A model generated the notes under the pieces. It had not been told where the DNA came from and made no database searches. It worked only from the letters and a program-made list of their open reading frames with translations. A stretch of 64,000 nucleotides of DNA from Octopus vulgaris (taxonomy: Eukaryota): positions 81,530,001 through 81,594,000 of the forward strand of contig OX597827.1 of the NCBI GenBank assembly GCA_951406725.2. The letters run 5' to 3'. Of the stretch, positions 1 through 13,359 are shown in pieces; within the stretch, counting starts at the first letter, position 1; each line of letters starts with the position of its first letter. The translations under genes and the position numbers were made by a program.

Positions 1-150
1 CCACTTCACAAGAGTTCCAGCACTGTTTTGAATAGTGGAAAATGCACCTGGACTGATGTATTGCTTCAAATGGAGAATACTTAAACATGTAACACCAAGT
101 GAATAAAATGATATTGCAAAATTCTGGTTTCTTTTGGGTACTCCCTCGTA
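1..150 (+). mobile_element. 3' end of a mariner-family DNA transposon (transposase C-terminus plus right TIR)
   Basis: Translates as TSQEFQHCFE*WKMHLD*CIASNGEY, matching the mariner C-terminal W..R...CI...GEYF pattern. Ends in ...ctccctcgTA, the complement of a TAcgaggg mariner-type TIR. Confidence 0.65.
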
Positions 151-254
151 TATATAATTTAATTACAGGGCACAATACATGTACTTAAGTGCTACTAATA
201 GTTTCATATGTTGAGAAATACTCAGACATATTCTTCAGGCACAAACCATAGTGC

Positions 255-292
<38 letters not shown>

Positions 293-569
293 ACATGCTA
301 AGATCAGAGCCAAGGCTCCATAACCGCCATAAACTCTCAAAACAGATACGCATGAGCAATGCAATGTGTGTATCTTTGTGGCTCATGTGTTTCTTCTTTA
401 TTGTGAGTTTATGGTGGCTGTGGAGCCTTCGCTCTGATTTTAGCAAGTGGTATTATATACCCTACTGAATCTAAATTTGCCTTATATTGTGACTGTAATG
501 ACGTGAATTTGCTGGCCACCTTATTATTACCTTATTAATACCATTAATAATGGTAATAATACATCTCTG

Positions 570-1370
570 ACTGGCCCCCGTGTTGGTGGCACGTAAAAAG
601 CATCCACTACACTCTTGGAGTGGTTGGTGTTAGGGAGGGCATCCAGCTGTAGAAACTCTGCAAGACCAAGATTGGAGCCTGGTGCAGCCATCTGGCTCAC
701 CAGCCCTCAGTCAAAATCGTCCAACCCATGCTAGCATGGAAAGCGGACGTTAAACGATGATGATATACCATCATCATCAACATCTTTGTTTGACATCTGC
801 TTTCCATGCTGGATTTGGTTGGACAGTTTGACTGACAACTGGCAAGCCGGGAGGCTGCACCAGGCTCCAATCTGATTTAGCACGGTTTTTACAGCTGGAT
901 GCCCTTCCTAGCTCCAACCACTGTGAGACTGTAGCAGGTGCTTTTACATGTCAACGGCATGGGAGCCAGTCATTTGGCACTGGCATCAGCCATACACAAA
1001 TGATGCCTTTTATATGCCACTTGGGCAGCACAGGCATCGGCCACACTCAAATAGTACATTTTACATGCCACCGGCACGGGTGCCTGTCAGGCGGCAGTGG
1101 CATCAGCCACGCTCCAATGTTGCATTTTATGTGTCACAGGTAGTGGTGCCAGTCAGGCAGCACTGGCATCAGTCATGCTTGAATGGTGCTTTTTACATGC
1201 CACTGGCTTGGGTGCCAGTTGGTTGGCACTGTCACTGGCCATGACTACAATCTCACTCAGTTCAACAGGTCTTCACAAGCACGGCATATTGCCCAACGAT
1301 TGGAGGGTGCTTTTTTAAACAGGCCAGTTATGCAACACTGCCATCGGCCATGACTGTGATCTCATATATA
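570..1370. mobile_element. Two tail-to-tail 3' fragments of an RTE LINE ((GAT)n-tailed repeat): ~570-765 (+) and ~775-1370 (-)
   Basis: Recurrent motif ggttggygttaggaagggcatccagctgtagaaac...ccaacccatgctagcatggaaagcggacgttaaacgatgatgat, plus internal subrepeats ggtgctttttacrtgccaccggca. The same sequence follows RTE ORF remnants at ~15000 and ~61540. Confidence 0.7.
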
Positions 1371-2309
1371 TACACTTTTCCATTTGTGTGTTGCAGTGCA
1401 CACGAGTCCATCCTTGGACAGTTTTGCCGAAAGCGTCCCATTGGAAGAAGTTTCTCCATTCATCATTCAGACGTTTTTGTACTGTACAACGTAATTGAGA
1501 AGGGTTGTGGAGAGATAAAAAGTTAATACTCAACCTGTGTATACAGCTGGTATTATATTTATCAAACCATATAAGTATGAAATTCACAGTTGAGGTTGGC
1601 GAAATTTGAACTCAGAGTGCAGACAACCGGAACAAATACTGTAAGACATTTGAGCTGACATTTTAATGACTCTGACAATTTAACATACACACATTATCTT
1701 TACAAAATAATAGCCAATATAAATGTTGGTTGGTTGGTTACTCCCTTCACAGAGATGGGATGAGAGGGTCAAGAGAATTAGAGAGAGAGTTCCCGTAAGA
1801 GGTGGCCCACGAGTGTACATACTAGGATTTCTGGCAGGCAAGGAGTAATGGAATGCTATACCCACTTCCTCATACACCCAACCATCCACATGCATACATA
1901 CACACAAAGGCACACTGTGAGACAGGAAAAATAAAAGAGACAGAGTGGGGAAGGAGTAAATGAAAAAGTAGTAGTAAGAGGAAGAGTTACAAAAATGAGA
2001 AATTTGTTTCATTTGTTTTCATTTTGTATAAAGACCAAGAAATTTGATAAAGTTAGATTGTAATTATTGTCTATATTCCATATTTTGTGATGTCACCCAT
2101 GATGGTAAAAGTATAATTCTAAAGTTAGCTGACATGTGACTGCTGATACCAGCTTTCTTATAATTTTGTCAAATTAGAGCCCATGCGCTGTGGCCATACG
2201 GTGGCCACTATCATGATATTAAAGATCCATTACTTCCTTTTATTTATTTCAGAAAGACATCAATCCTCTCATCATCATCACCAACACCAGATTTTCCTCT
2301 TTGTCATCA

Positions 2310-2490
2310 TTGGGGGAGGGAGCCAGTCGATTAGATCAACCCCAGTACGCAACTGGTACTTAATTTATCGACCCCGAAAGGATGAAAGGCAAAGTCAACC
2401 TCGGTGGAATTTGAACTCTGAACATAAAGACAGATGGGATACTGCTAAGCACTTTGCCTGGTGTGCTAACTATTCTGCCAGCTCACCTCC
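2310..2490 (-). mobile_element. SINE family B (tRNA-like head, Meta-domain-like core)
   Basis: Reverse copy of ggcgagctggcagaatcgttagc...gagttcaaattcc...gactttgcctttcatcctttcggggtcgataaattaagtacc. More than 10 copies occur in the window. Confidence 0.7.
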
Positions 2491-3339
2491 TTGTTCCATA
2501 TAAAGAATCTGAAGATCATTAATATATTTTTACATTTATAGTTTAATCTGTCAATCCCTGCTACTAATAATTTCAAATTCAAAACCAGTGATTAAGCACT
2601 TATGACTATTTCATTCACTAAGACACCTGTTTCTTTTAATGATTCAATTTAATTTGCTCGCAAATGAACTAGTCGTTAAATTCACATATACAATTACCAT
2701 TCTAGGAAAATATTCTTTTTATTGTATTTCTGGCATCAAAAATAAAAGCAGTGGAGAGGAGTCCACAGGCAAATATTATCGTACTTCTTTGAGGGAAACT
2801 CTAGAAACCTGTCATTTACTCATACATTCATATATGTGTGTGCATATGTGTATGTATGTACCTAAGTGTGTATGTGTGTGCATACATAACAGCAAATTCA
2901 TGTCAGCATTAGTGATGACTATTAACAATTTATCTTTCCTCAGTTAGAAGGTGCTTTAACAGGAACCCATTCAAGAAGATGAATTGGCTGTTATAAGACT
3001 AAATATATATATTAATGTATCAATAACATAGCAACTCTATTACACACAAGTGAAGGTTCATCTGACTTAGGAAAACTTAATTGATAACCATAACTATATA
3101 TATATACATACATGCACACAATACATATAACCATGTGTGTGTATGTGTTTATCATCTATAGTATATATTATTTAATACACGGAGGTCTCAGTGAAAAGCC
3201 ACCAGTGCTCTCTCAATGAAGTCCACTTAAATAAGAGAACACTCCCTTGTCACTGCTAATATCAGATATAGAGTGAAGAAGCTATGATTGGTCCTGTGGA
3301 AATGTGCACAATAATTATGTGGCTGTACAGTAATGTTTG

Positions 3340-3370
<31 letters not shown>

Positions 3371-3589
3371 ATGTACAGTGTGGAATCTATATGTAGTATT
3401 GTGTGCAAGTGTATATGTAGTGTATTGTGTGTGTACAATATTGTGGGTGCATGTGTTGAACAGGTCCTCATCAATCACAACAGATAATATACACATTATA
3501 CACACATGAACTTACACCAACTGTACATACAGATATGTGTTTGTGTGAGTGTGTACAGATTGTGTGTGTTGTTATATACTTTTAGATAA

Positions 3590-3598
3590 GTATATATG

Positions 3599-3660
<62 letters not shown>

Positions 3661-3838
3661 TATACATATACATATATGTCTACATATATATATAAATATA
3701 TATATATGCATATATATATACATCTATCTATCTATCTATATATATATGTACATGTACACATATATATACATATATATATGTATGTATATACATGTATCTC
3801 CATATATATATGTGTGTGTGTATATATATATACATGTA

Positions 3839-3882
<44 letters not shown>

Positions 3883-3899
3883 GATAGATAGATAGATAG

Positions 3900-3970
<71 letters not shown>

Positions 3971-4581
3971 TACATGCATCTACACACACACATATATATA
4001 TATATATATACACACACACAGACAGACAGACAGACAGAACAAAACATGCATAAATTAGTGTCTACATAGACATTAGTTATTTGAGGATATATAGAAACAT
4101 ATATCTGCATATATTATACTACAGTACTTATATATATATCTATCCCTGTATAAACCTATCTATATATATAACTGCCTCTTTGTCTGTCTGACTACACACA
4201 CATATAACTATACATATGCATACACACACATGCTAATATATAGACACACATACAAAGTGATCACCCTGTGTGAATGTGCATACATATAAGGTAGTTTTGA
4301 ATAATTATAAACACACACATACATACATCTAGTGTCATTGTAAGTACTCGTATTTATGTGTGTGTGTGTATGCGTGTGTATATACATAGAAAAATAGATA
4401 GATTCTCATATACTTATGGAAATGTGTATACACACACACATATCTTTATGTATACATAAATATTTATAGATATATATGTGTGTGTGTGTATACACTCATA
4501 CACATATATATGCATATATGTGTATATATAATGTAAAATACATACATTAATATATCTATATATATACATGTGTGTGTGTGC

Positions 4582-4624
<43 letters not shown>

Positions 4625-4972
4625 TATACATATGAATGTATATGTATAAATGTATATATGTGAGCATATATGTGTGTGTATGTGTCTACGTATGTATGTA
4701 ATGTATGTATGTCCCCCCCTCCTCACATACACAAATACATGTGTTTAAACAGACGTCATACTCTGCATACAGATTAGTTTGTTTTGATTTACTAAACAGA
4801 ATGATGGGGAGGGTGAGAGTATGAGAGACAAAGAGGGTAGGAGTGAGAAAATGTGAGTGAGTGTAGGTGGGAGTGAGAAGCTATGAGTGAGAGGGGGTGT
4901 GGGAGAGAAAGTGTGAGGAATGAGATAGTAGCATAGATTTTTACATACAGCAGACACAACGAATACATACAC

Positions 4973-5043
<71 letters not shown>

Positions 5044-5053
5044 TATATATATG

Positions 5054-5103
<50 letters not shown>

Positions 5104-5107
5104 TATG

Positions 5108-5156
<49 letters not shown>

Positions 5157-6033
5157 ATATATGTATATATATATATCTATGTATACATAAACTAATACAC
5201 ATGTGCACACACATACACTCACAAAGATACAAGTAGGTATGTGTGTTCAAGTGTGTAGAAATGTTCAGAAATTCATGTTTATGTATGTGTGTGTGTGTGT
5301 GTGTGCATGTATGTATATGCATTCATACATACGCATACATATACATTTAAATATTTTTATATATAGATATAGATATTTTTATATATAGATACATATATCT
5401 ATATATATGTATAGATGTATACACACATGTACATACACCCCACACACACATATGTATGTGCAAACAATATATATATATGTTTGCATGTATCTATCTATGT
5501 ACGTACACAATGCATATATATACATACATACATACATATATATATATATATACATATACATACATATATATACATACATATACATACATATATATATACA
5601 TATACATACATATATATACATACATACATATATACATATATATTTATATATATATATATACATACATATACATATATATATACTAGCAGTATCGCCCGGC
5701 GTTGCTCAGGTTTGTAAGGGAAATAACTATAAAGCATTTTTAGAGAGTTATAGCCAAAAAATAGCAAAAAAAAGGAAAAAAAAATGATGGTAAATTTTTT
5801 TGAGAGTTAAAACAGGTGGAGTTGCATCCATGTGTGTGTCAAGTTTCATCAGAATCGGTTGAAAGCCGTGGTCAGAGTGAGGGTACGAGAAAACAGACAC
5901 ACAGAAAACGCACAGACAAACTGCCGTTTATATATAGAGAGATACATACATATACATACATATATATACATACATATACATACATATATATACATACATA
6001 TACATATATATATATATACATATATACATATAC

Positions 6034-6070
<37 letters not shown>
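3590..6070. repeat. Compound (TA)n/(CA)n/(TACA)n microsatellite field
   Basis: Dinucleotide and tetranucleotide arrays are directly visible and are the source of the YIYI/HTHT ORFs. Confidence 0.9.
5683..5942 (-). mobile_element. Short non-autonomous Helitron-like element
   Basis: On the - strand it starts A|TCtctctatatataaa and ends with an imperfect GC-rich hairpin (cctgagcaacgccggg) followed by CTAG|T. Insertion is between A and T with no TSD, which are canonical Helitron termini. Confidence 0.65.
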
Positions 6071-6072
<2 letters not shown>

Positions 6073-6584
6073 AGTTATTCTAAGTTATATATGTATATAT
6101 GTATGTATGTATGCATGTGTGTGTGTGTGAAGAAAAGACTCATTCAAGCAGTATTATTTGTTTCTTGATCTCCATAAAGCTGTGTCCAAGGTAATTTGTT
6201 GTTTCTTAGATTTGGGAAAAGAACAGGGAAGAGCTGGCATCAGAAAAGACATCTGGCCCCATAAACCCTCTTACATAGTCATAGAAGTGCAGATTCCCAC
6301 CTGAGCGCACCCATGCACACACTCTCCCACATGTGCACTCATTTATGTACATCATCACTATCATCGACATCTTCATTCTACCTCCTACTTTCCATTCTGG
6401 TATGTGGTGGACAGGTTTTGATGGTGGCTGTGTGGTAAGAAGTCTGCTTCATAACCACATGACTTGGAGTTCAGTCCAACTACATGTCACCCCAGGCAAG
6501 TATCTTCTACAGCCTTGGGTCAACCAAATAATTTTCAGTGGATTTGATAGACTGAAACCAAAAGAAGTCTGATATACACACTCA

Positions 6585-6745
6585 GGAATGGCTGTGTGGT
6601 AAGAAGCTTGCTTTCCAACCACAAGGTTTTGGGTTCAGTTCCCCTGTATGGCACCTTGGGCAAGTGTCTTCTGCTATAGCTTTGGGCTGACCTAAGCCTT
6701 GTGAGTGGATTTGATAGACAGGAACTCTAAGAAGCCCATCGTGTG

Positions 6746-6782
<37 letters not shown>

Positions 6783-6995
6783 GTGTGTCTGCATATGTCC
6801 CCCCATCACCACCTGACAACCGGCGTTGGTGTGTTTATGTTCACATAACCTAGCAGTTCAGCAAAAACAGACCGATAGACTAAATACCAGGCTTACAAAA
6901 AATAAGTACTGGGGTCGATTCATTCAATTAACAATTCTTCGAGACAGTGCTCCAGCATGGCCACAATCTAATGACTGAAACAAGCAAAAGATAAA
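6585..6995 (+). mobile_element. SINE family A (tRNA-derived head, internal microsatellite, CR1-like tail), near full length; a partial head lies at ~6420-6575
   Basis: Head ggctgtgtggtaagaagcttgc...gggttcagttccc resembles A/B boxes. Tail is gtgctccagcatggccacaatctaatgactgaaacaag. About 15 copies or fragments occur in the window. Confidence 0.75.
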
Positions 6996-7029
6996 TGATA
7001 TATATATATATATATGGATATATATAGAT

Positions 7030-7982
7030 AGGTTTGCAAAATTTCGTTCTGGTAACTTTGACCTCACAAATGAGCAACACGGTCGACCAGAAACAAAGGT
7101 GGATAACGACGAACTGAAAGCCACCATCGAGTCAGGTCCATCTCAAAGTGCCTGTGAATTATCGCTGTTTGGTATTAGCAAGCAAACAATATTGACTCAC
7201 CTGGTTCAAATCGGTAAAGTGAAAAAGTTGGATAAGTGGTTTCCACATGGACTCAATGAAAATCAGAAACAGCAACATTTGGAAGCCTGCATTATGCTAC
7301 ATCCTAGTCACAAAAATTAATCATTTTTTATTCGAATTGTAAGATGTGATGAGAAATGGATCCAATACAACAACCGTAAATGTTCAGCACAATGGTTGGA
7401 CAAAGACGAGCCACCAAAACACAGTCCAAAAAGCAAAACTCATCAAAAGAAGCTGATGGCGTGTGTTTGGTGGTCAGGCACAGGTGTGATCCATTATGAT
7501 TTCATTAAACTTGGCTCATCAATCATGGCCGAAGTATACTGCAGCCAACTGGACCAAATGATGCAGAAACTTACAAAACAAAAACATCCTAGATTAGTCA
7601 ACAGATCCACTCTTATTTCATTGAAAGACAACGCCAGACCACACATTGCAAAAGTGACATTGGTGAAACTACAGGAGTTGGAAGTTCTCCATCAGCCACC
7701 ATAGTCACATGATCTTACGTCCACTGATTACCACTTCTTCCAGAATTTGGATAGGGAAAAGATTTAATTCCAATGATGCTGTAAAACAGGCCTTCCAAGA
7801 TCTTATAGACTCTAGATTGCCAGGCTTTTACAGTTCTGGGCTGGGCAAGCTACCACTGAAATGGCAAAAGTCTATTGACAATATAGGTGTATACTTGGAT
7901 GAGTAAAACTATTCCTTGTATTTATAAAACATTAGCAAATCTTTTTTTCTTTTCTACAAATTTCATACTTGATGACCTAATA
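7030..7982 (+). pseudogene. 5'-truncated, disrupted mariner (DD34D-type) transposase with right TIR
   Basis: Fragments KWFPHGL (WVPHEL motif), CDEKWIQY, KKLMACVWW, KDNARPH, HQPP*S.DL..TDYHFF and KWQK....GVYLDE, with stops and frameshifts. Ends ...gatgacctaaTA. Confidence 0.9.
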
Positions 7983-9299
7983 ACTTAGCAGTTTGGCAAA
8001 AGAGTTCAATAGAATAAGTATGAGGCTTTAAAAAAGTAAGTACTGGGGTTGAATTATTTGACAAAAATTCTTTAAGGCATTGCTCCAGCATAGCCACAGT
8101 CTAATGAATGAAAAAGTAAAAGATGAACAAAGTCTCACCCATGTCTATCATTTGGTAAGATTTCTGCAACTGGAAATCCTTCTTCCCCACTCCCGTTTTC
8201 CAGAGGGTCACCAATTATCATAGCACCAGCACATGAGGGTGACCTTGCCCACCATCAAACTACATAAGAGTCTTTGTCTTGGGTATGATGGTCCATTCAC
8301 AGCAATATCACTGAGAATAGGAGAGAGAGAAGGGGGTAGAGAGAGAGAGGAGAGAGAGAAAGAGGAGAAAGAGAGAGAGAGATTGTAATGAAAAAGATAT
8401 GCTAGAGAGAGAGATTTATTGGTAATAATAAAAGTAAACAATGGTAAGGGTGAATGACAGATGATATTAAAATGGGTGATGATTGATAGTGAGTAAAGAC
8501 TTATAGATGACTGTTGTTTGGTATTTAGTTGCTGATCCTAGTTATGTTAAATATGTTCGTTCACCAGGAGAGAACCTTGATGATAATGAGGCCCAACATT
8601 TGCATCAAGTGTGAGTTCTCGTGATGAGTGCCACTCATGTTTAGAAGAAGTATGGCACAGTAGGATTTTCTTGATATGAATGGTGCTTATTTATTTATAT
8701 ATTCGTTTATTACTATTTTTTTTATTGTTAAAACAGCCAAGGTCAGCCTGGCCTCACACTGTCAAACTGTCCAACCCATGCTGGCATGAGCCAGATGGTT
8801 TGACAGGAGCTGGCAAAACAGAGGACTGCACTTCACTCCATTGTCTCTTTTGGAATGCTTTTTACAGTTGGATGCGCTTTCTAACACCACACACACACAC
8901 AATACACTGTCGTATTGGTTTTGACAGATGAGGGATCAACAAAGAAGTAGAATTTAATGAAATGACTATCATGTTGATAGTGCAAGGACATCCACACTTT
9001 TTATTCCAACTGATAACAATAGGTTTCACTGGTTTACATGTAAGTGTGTTTGTGTCTCATTGTGTGTGTTTATCCCAGGGGGAAGAAAGACAAAGTCTGT
9101 CTTATTGCAATTTGAACTCAAAGCTCAGAGATCTGGAACAAATTCCACAAGGCATCCTAATCACTCCATTAATCTACAAATCCTATAAATATATGATGCA
9201 AGGCACCACATTTTGATAAGACTTATAATAATGTCTTTGATAATAATGATAATATAATAATACAGTAGTTATATTGCACTCTTGGAAGATTCTGCCTGA

Positions 9300-10400
9300 G
9301 TTAAGGGCCTGGATCTGAATGGTTCTGTTGATGTAGGCATATGATCTCATTGATTTTTGGTACCTTAGAAGATTACATTCCTGTGATATCTAATCTAAGA
9401 AATTTACCTCAATAGATTTTAGATTTTATGTTGATGTTGGGTTTCATAAAATTCTATTAGCTATGGACAAGGTAGACTTAGGAACAATATCAATCAAAAC
9501 TCCAGCAGCTTCAGTTTTAAAATGCTGAGAGTGATAAAGTTAACCATTGATAATTTATTGGGTATCATCAAATGTTGAATTACCAACTCTTAGAAACCAT
9601 CTAGGAAACCACCCACTCCAAATGTAATGTCTATTTCTATAAAATAGATTCATGTCACCAGACTTTGATATTCAAATGTGTTATTGAAAAGAGAGGCAGA
9701 AGGATTTTCTATTTGTATTGCAAAAGATTTTTGACAAGGCAACCCCTTACTATAATAATGCTTTAAGAGAGAGTGGATTTAACAGTTAGATGAAGGATAT
9801 CCTCAATCCAAAACCCTTGCATCAGAGAAAGATGAGTCATTGAAATATTTTGTCTACATCTCATTCTCATGAATTTTCAAGTCCAACATAGTACAAACCT
9901 TCCGAACTTTAAGTGATAAGCACTTCCTTGCAAGCTATAGGTATAACAAACTATACAACAGACATAAATATTACTGTAAGTTTTAAGTGCACTGTTAACA
10001 TGAAGAATATTAATATCCTAAAAGGCTGCTGTATTTAGCAAGACTAATTGTTCATGAAAAGATATCAGCACTGAATGCCAGCTAAATGGAGGCTGTTATT
10101 CAGTGGCTCAAAAGAAAATTAAAGGAGAGGTTTTACTACCATACAACTTCATTCAAAAATAGTGCAAAGCATAATGACATGAAACTGATCAATGAAAGCA
10201 AATGCTTAAAGCTATAACATTAACTAACAGATTGTTTAAAAGTCAAAGCAAGACAAAATGGTAATAATAGATGTAATCTATGTACAAAGGTAAAAAGACT
10301 GATCTTATACAATTTGCTACAACTATATAACATAACATCATTGATTTAGAGAATCAGTAATGCTATATCATGTTAAAATCCACCTTTCAAAATGTAATCT
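9300..10400 (+). mobile_element. Highly decayed Penelope-like retroelement ORF (RT C-terminal region to GIY-YIG endonuclease)
   Basis: Frame-broken fragments FDKATPYYNNALRESGF, FKSNIVQTFRTLSDKHF..SYRYNKLYNR, TVSFKCTVNMKNI, KLKERFYYHTTSFK and RCNLCTK resemble PLE proteins. Confidence 0.6.
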
Positions 10401-10499
10401 CTGAGTAATAAAATATCCTCTTAAATGTTTTGGCACCTTGCTATACCCAAAAAGGCCTGTACTCCACAGCAGGAATGTAAAGACCAATCCTTCTTGTAG

Positions 10500-10733
10500 T
10501 GTAAAGAACTGATGGCATCACATAAAAGTGCTCATGTGGTGCCATGTAAAAGCACTCAGCAAACTCTGTAAAGTGATTGGTGTTTGGAAGGGCATCCAGC
10601 CGTAGAACCAATGCCAAATCTGACTGGAGGGTGGTGTAGCTTCCCAGCTCTGGTCAATCAGTCCACCCATGTCAACATGGACAACGGATATTATATGATG
10701 ATGATGATATAGATATATATAAAAAAACTGTTA

Positions 10734-10774
<41 letters not shown>

Positions 10775-11000
10775 GGCTGGATGCCCTTCCTAACGCCAAC
10801 CACTCCGCGAGTGTAGTGGACGTAAAAAACACCCACTACACTCGCGGAGTGGTTGGCGTTAGGAAGGGCATCCAGCCGTAGAAACACTGCCAGATCTGAC
10901 TGGGCCTGACGAAGCCTTCCAGCTTCACAGACCCCAGTTGACCCGTCCAACCCATGCTAGCATGGAAAACGGACGCTAAACGATGATGATGATGATGATG
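10500..11000 (+). mobile_element. Two RTE 3'-UTR fragments; the second has a fold-back 5' inversion
   Basis: (GAT)n tails at ~10700 and ~10982-11000. Perfect 48-bp inverted arms at 10772-10819 and 10833-10880. Confidence 0.75.
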
Positions 11001-11029
11001 ATATACATACACACAAGTTTGTTTATGGT

Positions 11030-11570
11030 AAATGTTGCTTCTTGACTGAAGAAAGCCGTTTCCTTTTAAATATTCATGTTTCTAAATCCTGCAAGGGCAT
11101 TCTTATCCAAATGGCTCAAGAGACCATCTTCTGATTTGCATAACTTCCTACAAATATTGGAAATCTGTTATGGGTCTTCAACTCACTCTGCTGGTGCATT
11201 TTGGTGTATTCCTATGTATTGCCTCAGGACCCCTGTAGACCTACAGACCTTGTTAGAAATTGTTTTGTCTTGGAGGGAGTATGTTCCTTTGAACCTTGAT
11301 TTTGGTCCCTACCATGTAACCTTTCATGATTAAGTAAACCAGCTTTTGATAACAATTAGCAGTTCCAGTGAACATTTGAGAATCTTCCCTCAACATCACG
11401 AGGCAGTTGTTCCTGCTTTCAAATAACCCATTTTATTTTCGCATGTTGAATGCTGTTCTGCTTAAGTGTTTTACAACATTTCTTGATTGTACCACATCAC
11501 TTTGATCAGTCCAATGCAAATGCTTCCTAATAACTGATTTTTCAAATTCAAAAGAGTTTGAGGTTTGCTT
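11030..11570 (-). mobile_element. Decayed 3' end of an RTE (BovB-like) LINE
   Basis: - strand fragments GPKSRFKG and ICRKLCKSEDGLLSHL resemble the RTE C-terminal GG.KKRFKD and C..C.S..GL.SH motifs. Confidence 0.5.
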
Positions 11571-11593
11571 TTATCACATCTTTATATCTCTTC

Positions 11594-11646
<53 letters not shown>

Positions 11647-11647
11647 A

Positions 11648-12040
11648 GTGCAGGAGTGGCTGTGTGGTAAGTAGCTTGCTTACCAACCACATGGTTCTGG
11701 GCTCAGTCCCACTGCATGGCACCTTGGGCAAGTGTCTTCTACTATAGCCTCAGGCTGACCAAAGCCTTGTGAGTGGATTTGGTAGACGGAAACTGAAAGA
11801 ATCTCATTGTATGTATATATATATATATATGTTTGTGTGTCTGTGTTTGTCCCTCCAACATCACTTGACAATCGATGCTGGTGAGTTTACATCCCTGTAA
11901 CTTAGTGGTTCGGCAAATGAGACCGACAGCATAAGTACTAAGCTTACAAAAAATAAGTCCTGGGGTCAATTTGGTCGACTAAAGGCAGTGCTCCAGCATG
12001 GCTACAGTCAAAAGACTGAAACAAATATTAAAGGAAATAA
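11648..12040 (+). mobile_element. SINE family A, full length
   Basis: Runs from gcaggagtggctgtgtggtaagtagcttgc to ctccagcatggctacagtcaaaagactgaaac. Confidence 0.8.
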
Positions 12041-12287
12041 AGAATATACATGTATGTATATCTGTTTCTTATTAAAATTTGGCAGAAGTAGCAGAGTGAC
12101 TGAAGGTCTGATAGCACTTACCAAACACGATACAAATCAGAGGGTTATACATTTATATTCCAGTTCCCCTGGATAGTTCTGAAACAAATTATAAAAACAA
12201 TTACAATGTCATGTGAATCATTCATAATTTTCAAATAGCTTACCGATACACACACACACACACACACATATATATACACATATATAC

Positions 12288-12329
<42 letters not shown>

Positions 12330-12811
12330 AAAAAAAGTCAAGGTAGAAAATGCTAAAATAATTTAATAAAAAACATTTCAATACCAGCTTCGGTCATTGA
12401 GACTTTTTCAACTCTAAGTATGGAAAACGATAAAATATTTGCATAATATTCAAATACAAGGGTCATTTTCCTTGTTTCTGCCTGTCTCTGTCTCTCTGGT
12501 TTAATTTTGTGGGTTTGAGGTTGTAGTGAATTCTTGGCAGATATATATATACACACACACACGTACATTTATCAAAAAGGAATGGAACTGGTAAAACACA
12601 GACTCCAACCATTTCATAACAAAGTGAAACTTGCTACTTAAGTTGTAACAGACACAAAATCAGGTTAGCTAATCTTCAGGTGCTGTTATTGCCATGTTGT
12701 TTACATTTCCACAAGATATATACATTGTGATTTCTACTTAAGCTTAGAGATACTAATAACCAGTTGTTAGAATTCAATATACTTATGTTTTAGGGTATAT
12801 ATATATATCTA

Positions 12812-12843
<32 letters not shown>

Positions 12844-12847
<4 letters not shown>

Positions 12848-13046
12848 TAATCCAAACATGAAAACACAAAGAGAAAACAATGCGAGGATGTGGGAAAAGT
12901 ATAGAGTTATTGGACGCTCACTAAGGAAAGAAAGAAGGAGGATTTAATGTTTCGAGCGGAGCTCTTTGTCAGAAACATAGGAAAAGGAAAGATCCAAGGA
13001 AGGGAAGACGGAGGAAAAAAATCGCCAACGGTGCACATGCAGTCAC

Positions 13047-13082
<36 letters not shown>

Positions 13083-13310
13083 TATTATCAATGTTTGTTT
13101 CTGTACCAAGGTATATATAAAAACGGCTTACTATCGAAATGAAGGATTACTCTAAACCTTTGTTGGTAGATATATATTTATTAATGACTACTAGGAAAAC
13201 TTTGGAAGAGACTTTGAAGCTTGAGTTTGTTACCATCAGATTGCTGATGAAGGAAAGCAAGCTGAAACTTTGAAGTCATTATTCACCTTCACATTGTAAA
13301 AAATAGTATG
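12844..13310. mobile_element. Penelope-like terminal repeat fragments with degenerate minimal hammerhead cores
   Basis: - strand 12946-12972 reads CTGAcaAa-gagc-tcc-gctc-GAAAc. + strand 13244-13268 reads CTGATGA...GAAAc downstream of a TATA-like tatataaaaa. Confidence 0.45.
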
Positions 13311-13312
13311 CA

Positions 13313-13352
<40 letters not shown>

Positions 13353-13359
13353 TATGATA

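Noticed and set aside
3227-6083. Many ORFs of [12 protein letters not shown] composition (also at ~16-20 kb, 25.5-29 kb and 43.5-44.5 kb, up to 301 aa)
   Set aside because: They are translations of (TA)n/(CA)n microsatellites that lack stop codons and carry no coding signal.
11648-11725. tRNA-like A/B-box sequence
   Set aside because: It is the head of a multi-copy SINE and no intact cloverleaf is evident.
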